From the NCBI GenBank assembly GCA_963793305.1, contig CAWBZV010000003.1:864001-928000 (forward strand): a DNA stretch of 64,000 bases, in the 5' to 3' direction. The translations under genes and the position numbers were made by a program. Source of the DNA: an uncultured Gemmatimonadales bacterium (GTDB taxonomy: Bacteria; Gemmatimonadota; Gemmatimonadetes; Gemmatimonadales; Gemmatimonadaceae). The notes under the pieces are model-generated. The model saw only the letters and a list, made by a program, of their open reading frames with translations, had not been told where the DNA came from and did not search any database. Below are positions 22,884 to 32,177 of the stretch, piece after piece; within the stretch, counting starts at the first letter, position 1; each line of letters opens with the position of its first letter.

Positions 22884-23515
22884 CGCCGAAGCATAACCCG
22901 CCGTTCCGCGATGATCACGCGGGTCACCGTGAGCGCCGCCCGGATGGTGAGCACGAGTCCCAGGACGGCGGCCACGTCCGCGAAGTTGAACACGACCTCG
23001 TGCCCGTTGCCCGGGCTCCAGGCGACGAAGTCGATGACTCCGCGGGGCGACGTGATCAAACTGAACAAGTTGCCGGCGGCGGCGCCGGCGATGAGGCCGA
23101 GCATGACTGGCGACAGCTTGTCGATAATCGCCAGCGGGCGACAGAGGATGCCGGCCAGGACGAGTGCGATCAACGTCAGCGCGACGTTGATCTGCCAGGT
23201 GTAGGGGCCGATCGAGATGCCGAGCGCGGACTGATCGTTGTGCGCGAGCACGAGTCGCATGGTTCCGGCGACGAGCTTGATCTCCCGCTGCCCATCGAGA
23301 TAGTGCGCCGCCAAAGCCTTGGTCGTCAGGTCGACCGCGACCACGATCGCGGCGCAGATGGCGAATGTTCGTATCGGTCGCCGCGGAGTAGGCGCGGTGA
23401 CGAGCGGCTGGGACGCCGTAATGCGGCGGTGCCAGATAGGGGTGAGGCGACGCATCCGACGCGAATTACGCAGGGCGCGTACCGCGCCACCGCTCCCAGT
23501 AACACTCTGCGGCAT
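22880..23515 (-). CDS. lspA: Signal peptidase II family protein
   Basis: DLTTK, GAAAGNL, VIDF and FNFAD catalytic Asp motifs; start codon uncertain. Confidence 0.75.
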   Translation of the reverse strand: MPQSVTGSGGAVRALRNSRRMRRLTPIWHRRITASQPLVTAPTPRRPIRTFAICAAIVVAVDLTTKALAAHYLDGQREIKLVAGTMRLVLAHNDQSALGISIGPYTWQINVALTLIALVLAGILCRPLAIIDKLSPVMLGLIAGAAAGNLFSLITSPRGVIDFVAWSPGNGHEVVFNFADVAAVLGLVLTIRAALTVTRVIIAERRVMLRR

Positions 23516-23579
23516 CAGGAGTTACAATCGGTCTACATGACCGGCGCCTGTAGCGCGTACACGACAAGTAGATTCGGCC

Positions 23580-24119
23580 ATGCGCTATTGCGTTTTCTGT
23601 GGCTCGAACAGCGGAACCAGGCCGAGCTATGCCGCAGCCGTTGCGGATCTCGCCAGGTGTCTCGTGGCCGACCGAATTGGGATCGTCTACGGCGGTGGTA
23701 ACGTTGGCCTTATGGGTGTATTGGCCGACGCCGCATTGGCTGCAGGCGGTGAAGTCGTGGGCGTGATCCCCCGAATGCTGGTGCAAAAAGAAATAGCGCA
23801 TCGGGGACTCAGCGAGTTGCTAGTCGTTGGCTCGATGCACGAGCGCAAAGCACTCATGGCCGACTTATCCAATGCGTTCATCGCCGCGCCGGGCGGCTAC
23901 GGAACGCTCGACGAGTTTTGCGAGATCTTGACCTGGACCCAACTCGGACTGCAGAAGAAGCCGGTCGGCATTCTGAATGTCGACGGCTACTTCGATCGGT
24001 TGGTGTCCCTGTTCGATCACGCCGTGACCGAACAATTCGTCAAGCCAATGCATCGCGACATGATCGTGACCAATGACACCCCTCAATCACTGATTGCTCG
24101 GATGCGTGTGCCCGGCTAG
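23580..24119 (+). CDS. LOG family nucleotide phosphoribohydrolase (TIGR00730)
   Basis: CVFCGS, YGGGNVGLMG, MHERK, PGGYGTLDE. Confidence 0.95.
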   Translation: MRYCVFCGSNSGTRPSYAAAVADLARCLVADRIGIVYGGGNVGLMGVLADAALAAGGEVVGVIPRMLVQKEIAHRGLSELLVVGSMHERKALMADLSNAFIAAPGGYGTLDEFCEILTWTQLGLQKKPVGILNVDGYFDRLVSLFDHAVTEQFVKPMHRDMIVTNDTPQSLIARMRVPG

Positions 24120-24130
24120 TCTCTCTCGTC

Positions 24131-24643
24131 ATGTCATTGACGAAGCGAGTTCCAACGATCCAGCCGTACGTGATCAAGACGTCGAAGATCCAGGGCAAGG
24201 GCGCCTTCGCGACGCGTCTCATCCGGAAGGGCGCGCGCATCGCAGAGTACTTGGGCGAGCGCATCTCCCACGAGGAGGGCGACCGGCGCTATGACGACGA
24301 CAAGATGAAACGGCACCACACGTTTCTGTTCGTGGTCAATAAGAAAATCGTGATCGATGCGGGCACGGACGGGAACGATGCCCGGTTTATCAATCACTCG
24401 TGCGACCCCAACTGTGAGGCGGTCATCGAGGATCGGCGCGTGTTCATCGACGCGCTGCGCACGATTCGGCCCGGCGACGAGCTGGCGTACGACTACCAGT
24501 ACGATCGCGACGACGCGACCGGGTGGGGGAAAGAGGCCGATGCGCAGTACCCCTGTCATTGCGGGGCCGAAAAGTGCCGGGGCACGATCCTTCTGCCCCA
24601 AAAGAAGAAGCGGAAGCCACGCAAGAAGGTGAAACAGGCTTAG
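24131..24643 (+). CDS. SET-domain protein-lysine methyltransferase
   Basis: GKGAFA, RFINHSCDPN, ELAYDY, post-SET CHCGAEKC. Confidence 0.93.
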   Translation: MSLTKRVPTIQPYVIKTSKIQGKGAFATRLIRKGARIAEYLGERISHEEGDRRYDDDKMKRHHTFLFVVNKKIVIDAGTDGNDARFINHSCDPNCEAVIEDRRVFIDALRTIRPGDELAYDYQYDRDDATGWGKEADAQYPCHCGAEKCRGTILLPQKKKRKPRKKVKQA

Positions 24644-24654
24644 GTTTCACCCTT

Positions 24655-26746
24655 ATGCGCCGCATCCTTGCGATATCCATACTGGTAGCCGGCTGCGCCC
24701 ATTCGCGCCCCGCGTCTCAACAACCCGCACCCGAAAGCCAAGCGGTCGCGGTGAAACAGAATGCCACCCGACACGATCCGCCCCGAGGGCATGCATGCGC
24801 GCATGCACGCGGCTCCGGTGGTCGATATTCGCTCGGACCCGTTCTACTCGATGAACCGGATGGACTGGCCTGGCCCGAACGTCTATCGCGACGCCTCGGG
24901 TTCGCCCGGGCCGAGCTATTGGCAGCAACGGGCTGACTACTCGATCCGCGCGACGCTGGACACGGCCGCGCAGCGGGTGAGCGGCAATGTGATCGTCACC
25001 TACACGAATAACTCGCCGGACACGATGCGGTTCGTGTGGATGCAGGTGGACCAGAACATCTATCGCCAGTCGAGCGAAGGGAACGCGCTGTACTCGGCCG
25101 ACACGCGCACGGCAGCGGGCGCGTTTGACGGCGGATACACGTTTACCGAAGTCGCGGTGAATGGCACTCCAGTGACGCCGCATATCGACGACACCATGAT
25201 GCGGCTCGACCTCCCGTCGTCGCTGCCTCCTCACGGCGGCAAGATCACTATCACGATCAAGTACGCCTTCAAAGTGCCGGAGCATGGCTCGGATCGCATG
25301 GGCCGTGATGGGCCGTTGTACGAGATCGCCCAGTGGTATCCGCGCATGGCGGTGTACGACGACGTTCGGGGATGGAACGTCGATCAGTATCTCGGCCAAG
25401 GCGAGTTCTATCTCGAATATGGCGATATCGACTACGCGGTAACCGTTCCCGCGGGCTACACCGTTGCGGGTAGCGGCGTACTCGAGAATCCGGCTGACGT
25501 GTTGACGGCAGCAGAGAGACAACGACTCGCCAAGGCCTTCACGACCAAGGACGTCGTGCAGATCATCACGACGACCGAGGCGGCGCCCAAGGTGACCGCC
25601 GGCACCAAGACGTGGCGATTCCGCGCGAGGAACGTTCGGGACGTCGCGTGGGCCGGGGCGCCGGATTTTCGGTGGGACGCGACGAGCGTACACGGGATTC
25701 TGTGCCAGGCGTACTACGAGGAGCCCAAGGCAGGGGCCGAGTGGGAGCAGGCGGCCGAGAATACGCAGTGGACGATCGGGACGTACTCGGAGCTTTTGTA
25801 CCCATTCCCGTATCCACAGGCGACCGCGGTCGCTGGTCCCGTCGGCGGCATGGAGTATCCGATGTTCGTGATGGACGGCTACACGAACGCCGAGCTACCG
25901 GGCGACGTGTTCCGTACCAACGATCACGAGCACGGGCACGAGTGGTTCCCCATGATCGTCGGTTCCAACGAGCGGCGTTATGCGTGGATGGACGAAGGCA
26001 TCAACACGTATATCAACGCGTTCTCGCAGGAGCGTCGCTACGGGAGCGACCCCACGCAGTGGCCGCGGGGGATGAGCAACTTCTTCGCGTTCCTCGGCGA
26101 CTGGTATGCGGCGAACAAGGCCGGCATTGATAACCCGCTCATGAACCGGCCCGATCACTTCGCCGACCAGGACGTCTTGGGCGTCGAGGGCTACCAGAAA
26201 CCTGGCGCCGTTCTCCTCGCGCTTCGCGATCATGTCGTTGGGGCCGAGTCGATGGATCGCGCGATGCGCGAGTACGTCCATCGGTGGGCGTTCAAGCATC
26301 CCACGCCGGGCGACTTTTTCCGGACCGTCGAAAATGTCGCGGGCAAAGATCTGTCGTGGTTCTGGAGATCGTTCTTCTACACGACCGATGTGCTGGATAT
26401 CGGCATTGACTCAGTGAATACGAAGCCGGCAGATGACGGGCGGTTAATTGCTTCGGTGCAACTGCAGCGGCACACGTCGGTCGTGTTCCCGGTCGAGCTG
26501 AGGCTGGCGCTGGCCGACGGGTCGACGAAGGACATCACGCTGCCGGTCGATATCTGGTCGCGCGGCATGACCTTCACGGCCGAGATTCCGGTGTCGGCCG
26601 AGGTCAAGGGAGCGCGGCTCTGGCCCGATCGGTCGTCGATCCCTGACATGAACCCCAAGAACGACACCTGGGGTATGCCACCGGCTGGCGACCCACCCCA
26701 TCCGGCGACGGTTGGCGGTCTAGCGCCCGTGTTCTCGGCCCGCTGA
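24655..26746 (+). CDS. M1-family metallo-aminopeptidase, probable lipoprotein; +1 frameshift near 24760 separates the signal peptide
   Basis: MRRILAISILVAGC lipobox in the upstream frame; GGMEYP, HEHGH, WMDEG motifs. Confidence 0.88.
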
Positions 26747-26758
26747 TATTACGGACCT

Positions 26759-26926
26759 ATGGCTTACGTCCCATTCAAGAAAGGCGGCTGGGGCTTCGCG
26801 GCGTTTATCTCGATCCTGACGATCGCAATGTACGTGAGCGCCTATGAGATCCACCAGGCGACGTATCGGTCGCCGCGTGACCCGACCACCCTCGGCGCGA
26901 TCAGCCACAATCATGCGAGTCCGTGA
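26759..26926 (+). CDS. Small single-TM protein (55 aa), missed by the ORF track
   Basis: MAYVPFKKGGWGFAAFISILTIAMYVSAYEIHQATYRSPRDPTTLGAISHNHASP fills the gap after the M1 gene. Confidence 0.6.
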   Translation: MAYVPFKKGGWGFAAFISILTIAMYVSAYEIHQATYRSPRDPTTLGAISHNHASP

Positions 26927-27164
26927 GCTGATCGCCGCCCTGCAGAAGAGCAACCCGGACTCGGTGGTCATGGTGCCTGGGTTCGATGGCGGCTTCCAGG
27001 TCGCGGAGTTCGTGCATCCCGAACGGCTGCGGAGGTCGGTCGACGAGTCCGGGTACGAGTGCTACGGGACGACCAATGGGCGTCCCGACCCCGGCAACGA
27101 GTATCTGATCATCGAGCCCGAGCCTGGTGTAGAAGCGGTAGATCAACCCAAAAAGTTGTCTTGA
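26913..27164 (+). CDS. Small hypothetical protein (83 aa)
   Basis: MRVRELIAALQKSNPDSVVMVPGFDGG; overlaps the previous ORF's end. Confidence 0.55.
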   Translation: MRVRELIAALQKSNPDSVVMVPGFDGGFQVAEFVHPERLRRSVDESGYECYGTTNGRPDPGNEYLIIEPEPGVEAVDQPKKLS

Positions 27165-28619
27165 CGCCGGGCTCGGACTCGAACCCGATCCGTCCGTCGT
27201 GTTGCTCCACGATCGCCTTGGCGATCGCCAGGCCAAGCCCCGTTCCACCGCGCTGACGGTTGTCGGCGCCATCGAGCTGCTGGAACCGCCGAAATAGCTT
27301 CTCTTTGTCCGCGGTCGGAATCCCTTGCCCGGGATTCTCGACCGCGAATCGCACCCGCTCGTTTGTCGCCGTCACGGTGACACTGACGGCCGAGCCCGTC
27401 GGCGAAAACTTGATCGCGTTCGACACGAGATTGGTCAGCACTTGCACGATGCGATCACGATCCGCATGCACGGTTGGTGTCGCTTCGATCGTTTGCTCCA
27501 GCCGAATGCCATAGACCACGGCCATGCCGGCAATGCCATCGAGCGTCGCCCGCACGACATCCGCTGGCGCGAGATCGACGAGATCGAGCGACAACACACC
27601 GGCCTCGATCTTGTCGAGATCGAGCATGTCGTTGATGAGCCGAATCAACCGCTCGCAATTCTCGCGCGCCACGTGCACCAGGTCGATCCCCTTATCACTC
27701 AACTCCCCGGTCACACCAGCTTCGAGCAACCCGAGCGCTCCCCGAATCGAAGTCAATGGCGTCCGCAGCTCGTGTGAGACCGTCGACACAAACTCGTTCT
27801 TCATGCGATCGAGCTTCTTCCATTCGCTTAAGTCCCGCATGATGGTCGACAGAAACCACACGCCGCCTTGCGCCGAGGGATGCGCCACCAGCACCTGCGA
27901 AACGGGAAGGTCGGCCCCATCCGCCGCCCGCACGAGCGTCTCGCCGCTCCAGTGTCCCTCTCGCAGCGCAACAGGCACCGCGATTTCCCACATCTGATGC
28001 GGCACCGGCGGCGCGTTGCCGAGCACGCGGCGCGCGGCGTGATTCAAGTACACGAACGTCACCGGCCATCGTATAAATCGCTACGAGATCGACGGTCGCC
28101 TCGAGCGTCGCGACTAGGCGGCGCTGGGCATCCTCGGCGCGACGCTGCTCGGTGACGTCGCGGAACCCGCCGTGTGGCCCCGTGAGATATCCCTCGACGA
28201 CAAGTCGCCGCCCGTCTTTCTTGGCGAACACGCTATCGTGCGGCACCCTTTCGCCGGTCGCCGCGCGCTCCAGCGCCCGCCGGAACGCGTCCCGGTGCTC
28301 GGGCACGACAACGTCGAAGACGTTCTCCGTGGCGCCGAGCGAATCCCGCCAGGCTCGGTTCGTGTACAACAGTCGCCCGTCGCGAGCGGCAATGTCAGAT
28401 GAGATCCCCGGATGCATCGAGCATGAGCTCGAGCTGCACGGCGAGATTCAGCTTCTCGGCGTCGAGCCGCGCTTGCTCCAGGACCGTGCTGCCAACCCGA
28501 AGCGAGGGACCGTCCCCTTCAATGCGGACGTCGTACTCGTCATCGTCGACGACACGGTACTGCGGCCCCAGCAGTGCGCGCGCACGCTCCGCGTCGACGA
28601 GCCGAACGCGAATGATCAC
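27109..28619 (-). CDS. PAS-PAS sensor histidine kinase; +1 frameshifts near 28398 and 28057
   Basis: Three consecutive frames give an N-domain, two PAS domains, then H-box VSHELRTPL, NAIKFS, GGTGLGL. Confidence 0.82.
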
Positions 28620-29794
28620 AGAGCACTGAGCGCGCGAATGACTGGCGCCAACGCGCCGGGCGCCTCGACCCGGCTCTCCGGCAGCAGCGGATCTGCGCGC
28701 GAGAGCGCCCCCTGCGCCGCCTCGGCCAGCACCAGCACCTCGTTGATCTCATGCGCCTCGGCGATCTCTATCGCCCGGGCGTATGACCGCCGCGCGTCCT
28801 GCACCCGGCCGAATCGTCGCGCCCCATCGCCGGCCAAGAGGTGCATGCGCGCCAGCTGCGCCGGAGGCAATGATGCTTGCACCAAGGCCGAGGTGTAGTG
28901 CTCGAACGCGTCCAGGTCGCCCTCGCGCGAGGCAACGTCGAGGAGATTGATCGCGGCCGACCACCGCACGTCGGGGTCGGTCGACGAGTGATACAACGCG
29001 TAGAACCCGTCCCGCGCGGCGGCGGTCAGCCCCCGCGCACAGAGGGTCGTCGCCAGGTCGACCAATGCCCGGTCCCGGCGCAATGCATCCGCGTACAGCC
29101 TGAACGCCACGAAAAAGTGTTGCGCGGCCCGATCGAGATACGCGGTATTGATATGTCCACCGGGATGCGCGGTCGCCCGGTGATAGCACACGTAGCCGAG
29201 GTCGTGCGTGGCCCGCGCCAGCACGTCGCCCATGTCGGCCGCGGCCGCGCACACGCCCTCGAGGATCGCCTCGGCCGCCGGCAGATTGCCGCGCTCCAGA
29301 GCGACGTTGGCGACACCGATGTCGGCCAAGAGCGTGCCGCGCAGCTCCAGCATGCGCCGGCACGACTGGACCCTCAAGGCCGCGTCGGCGCGAGCCTCAA
29401 CGTCTTCCGGCGTCGTGGCGTACTCGATGAACGTGAGATAAACGTCGAGGGCCAACGCCCACTGGGCCGACGCGTGGAGGGCCCAGGCGTAGGCGACGAG
29501 ACAGCTCGTGGTCGAGGGGCCGTCGTTATACAGGGCGCCGGAGACCGCGCAGGAGAGGGCATCGAGCGGGGCCCGCAGCGCACTGCCACGATTGACGCGG
29601 TTGACGGCACGGCGCACGGCCCTGACCGCTTCCACCGGCACCATGCGTCCATCCTCGCGCAACCGCATATAGCGGTCGACGAGCCTCAACGTGACCAGCC
29701 CGGCGCTCGTCGCACGCCAAAACGGGCCGGCAGGATCCTGCGTCGCCAGCGCTTCGAAGAAAGCCGCATGGCGCAATGCCCGACGGGCTGTCAT
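28616..29794 (-). CDS. TPR-like all-helical hypothetical protein
   Basis: Ala/Leu-rich helical repeats; ATGA overlap with the downstream kinase. Confidence 0.7.
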   Translation of the reverse strand: MTARRALRHAAFFEALATQDPAGPFWRATSAGLVTLRLVDRYMRLREDGRMVPVEAVRAVRRAVNRVNRGSALRAPLDALSCAVSGALYNDGPSTTSCLVAYAWALHASAQWALALDVYLTFIEYATTPEDVEARADAALRVQSCRRMLELRGTLLADIGVANVALERGNLPAAEAILEGVCAAAADMGDVLARATHDLGYVCYHRATAHPGGHINTAYLDRAAQHFFVAFRLYADALRRDRALVDLATTLCARGLTAAARDGFYALYHSSTDPDVRWSAAINLLDVASREGDLDAFEHYTSALVQASLPPAQLARMHLLAGDGARRFGRVQDARRSYARAIEIAEAHEINEVLVLAEAAQGALSRADPLLPESRVEAPGALAPVIRALSAL

Positions 29795-29881
29795 GCGAAA
29801 AAAACTTACTTGACGCTTTCTTCCGCGGGGAGCAGGTTCGCGACCTGTAGGGGTGTGGGGAAAAAGCGGGGGAGGTGTGGT

Positions 29882-30715
29882 GTGACGGATTCCACAGTCG
29901 AGGGGTCACTAGGCGTTTATCTGGCGTTCGGCTTGCGACTCCGGTCTGATCTGCCGCTGCCGGAGCTGCCGGTCGTCCCCGGTCGCAATGGACCGCCCGA
30001 CGTGGAAGTGCGCGTGTTCGACGTGCCGGCCTTCGAGACCGCGACGCGCGACGCAGGCCTCGCGGACGTCGCCGACGATATCGCAATGTTGTGGTGGCCC
30101 GGCGTCGGCCGATTCGTCGTGAGCGATGGCACCGACATCTGCGTCGCCCGCGCTCCCGGCGCCGATCCCGCTCTCGTCCGCCTGTATCTCCTGGGCCCCG
30201 TGCTCAACGCGCTGCTGCATCAGCGCGGCTGGGTCGTGCTCCGCGCGGGTGCCGCGCGCCTGGGCGATCGCGTGGTCGCGTTCGTGCCGGGACCGGGCGT
30301 CAGTGACGCGCTGGCCGACGCCGGGTACACGATCATTGCGCGCGACGTGCTGGCGATCCGGGCGGGCGATCGCATCACGCCCGCGGTGGTGCAGCCGTGC
30401 GTCCCGCCACTCGCGCACCGCCCGCTCGATCAGGCGCAGGCGCGGCAGTTGTGGTGCGATGCCGCGCGATCGGAGGCCCCGCTTCCTCTCGACGCGCTCC
30501 TGGTGCTGAACGGGGACAGCGAGCGAGCCGACACGCTCACGGCCGCCGAGGCATTCGCGGAGATCGGCGCGTGCATGTTCGACGACCTGACGTGGCCGGG
30601 CGACGTGCGGCGCGCCTTGAGGCTCATGTTCCACCTCGCATCGACCCTGCCGGTGCACCGGGTGAGTCCGGAATCGCTTGCCAGCAGTGACTCACTGCGC
30701 GATATTCGCGGTTAG
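29882..30715 (+). CDS. HPr-kinase-like protein with degenerate catalytic motifs
   Basis: YLAFGLRLRSDLPLPEL, GVGRFVVSDG and LYLLGPVLNALLHQRG match the HprK-related family; Walker A is absent. Confidence 0.7.
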   Translation: MTDSTVEGSLGVYLAFGLRLRSDLPLPELPVVPGRNGPPDVEVRVFDVPAFETATRDAGLADVADDIAMLWWPGVGRFVVSDGTDICVARAPGADPALVRLYLLGPVLNALLHQRGWVVLRAGAARLGDRVVAFVPGPGVSDALADAGYTIIARDVLAIRAGDRITPAVVQPCVPPLAHRPLDQAQARQLWCDAARSEAPLPLDALLVLNGDSERADTLTAAEAFAEIGACMFDDLTWPGDVRRALRLMFHLASTLPVHRVSPESLASSDSLRDIRG

Positions 30716-30772
30716 TTTGACACTACATGTGATATCGCTGTTGGTGGGATGTATACATTCTAGACAGCAATC

Positions 30773-31021
30773 GTGGGTGATCCTACGCTCGGTCAATTTG
30801 TCGCAGGGGATGTTTCCTCGTTGGCGGAGCTGTTCGACCGATGGTCGTCGGCGGTGCACGCGGTCGTCACCCGTGCCCTGCCACCCACGGCTCGCCCCCA
30901 CGAAGTCGATGCCGCCGTCGAGGATGTCTTCTGGCGCCTGTGGCAGCACGCGGGACATGACGTTCCCGCGATGCGGACGCTGATCAGTGAGGTAGTAGAT
31001 CGGTCCCGCGGACGGCGCTGA
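30773..31021 (+). CDS. Small protein resembling ECF sigma factor region 2 only
   Basis: GDVSSLAELFDRWSSAVHAVVTRAL...DAAVEDVFWRLWQHA. Confidence 0.55.
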   Translation: MGDPTLGQFVAGDVSSLAELFDRWSSAVHAVVTRALPPTARPHEVDAAVEDVFWRLWQHAGHDVPAMRTLISEVVDRSRGRR

Positions 31022-32177
31022 CCGGCTCGTCTTCGGCCACTTTGCCGAGCGAGTCGTGATTCCGGCGCATCATTGACGCGAATGCCTCGGCGATGAGCGG
31101 ATCGAACTCGGTCCCCGATCGCCGCTCGATATAGGCGACCGCGTCGACCGATGACCAGGCTGGCCGATATGGGCGGTCCGTGTGCAGGGCGTCGAACACG
31201 TCGCAGACGTGCACCAGCGTGCTCGCATAGTGGCAGTCGCGCGTGAAGTGCCGGTGGGGGTAGCCGCCGCCGTTGATCATCACGTGGTGCTCGTACGCGA
31301 CCGCGGCCTGGAGCCCGAGCGTCTTGTCGCTGTTCAAGATGATCCGCGCGCCCTCGGCCGGATGCCGCTCCAGAATCTCGCGCTCTTCCGGCGTGAGCTC
31401 GCCGGGCTTCGTGAGAATCTCGGAGGGAACTCTGACCTTCCCGAGGTCATGCAGCAGGCCCGCGATCCCGAGCGCGCGCACATCTCGCGGGACGTGCTGG
31501 AGCTCTTCCGCCAACGCCATCGTCAGGACCGAGACGTTGATCGAGTGCGTCGTCGTGTATTGATCGAACTGCTTTAATCGCAACAGGGGGATCAACAAGC
31601 GCCCATCGGAGTGCAGGGCAATCGATAGCGACCGCACGATCATCTCGGCCTCGGCCATCGGAATCGCGCCCTTGCCCGCGACCTCGCCGTGGATCCAGCG
31701 CACGGTCTCCGACTCTTCTTTCAACGCATAGCCACCGGTCGCGTCATACAGCTCGGCCGCGGACGCACCTTTCCCATTGCCGCCGACCTGTACGCCGACG
31801 GCGCCGAACTTGATCGCCTTCTGCCTCGGCGGGGCTTCCCGCGCGGCGTGGTCACCCAAGCGCGAATGGATGTCGTCGATAAATAATTCAAACGCCTCGG
31901 CGCTGACATCCGCGACAACCTCGATGCGTTGTATTCCGGCGGCGGCGCATTTCTCGGCCCACTCCCATGCCTTGAGCTCACGCAAGGAGTCGTAGCCGTA
32001 GATGACCTCGTGCCCGACGAAGCTGAAGTACGGCTGTGCATCGGCGGCCTGCAGAATGCGCAGCCGCTCATACGCCGACGTAATCGCCCGATGACGCGCG
32101 GGGTGCGAGGGGCTATAGAGCGCACTGGCGGACAGCGCCTGGGCGAGCGCATGCAGGAATGACGTCGCTTCGCTCAT
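30984..32177 (-). CDS. HD-GYP cyclic-dinucleotide phosphodiesterase
   Basis: YTTTHS, LLHDLGK, HHVMINGGGYP, DVFDALHTDRPYR. Confidence 0.92.
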   Translation of the reverse strand: MSEATSFLHALAQALSASALYSPSHPARHRAITSAYERLRILQAADAQPYFSFVGHEVIYGYDSLRELKAWEWAEKCAAAGIQRIEVVADVSAEAFELFIDDIHSRLGDHAAREAPPRQKAIKFGAVGVQVGGNGKGASAAELYDATGGYALKEESETVRWIHGEVAGKGAIPMAEAEMIVRSLSIALHSDGRLLIPLLRLKQFDQYTTTHSINVSVLTMALAEELQHVPRDVRALGIAGLLHDLGKVRVPSEILTKPGELTPEEREILERHPAEGARIILNSDKTLGLQAAVAYEHHVMINGGGYPHRHFTRDCHYASTLVHVCDVFDALHTDRPYRPAWSSVDAVAYIERRSGTEFDPLIAEAFASMMRRNHDSLGKVAEDEPVSAVRGTDLLPH

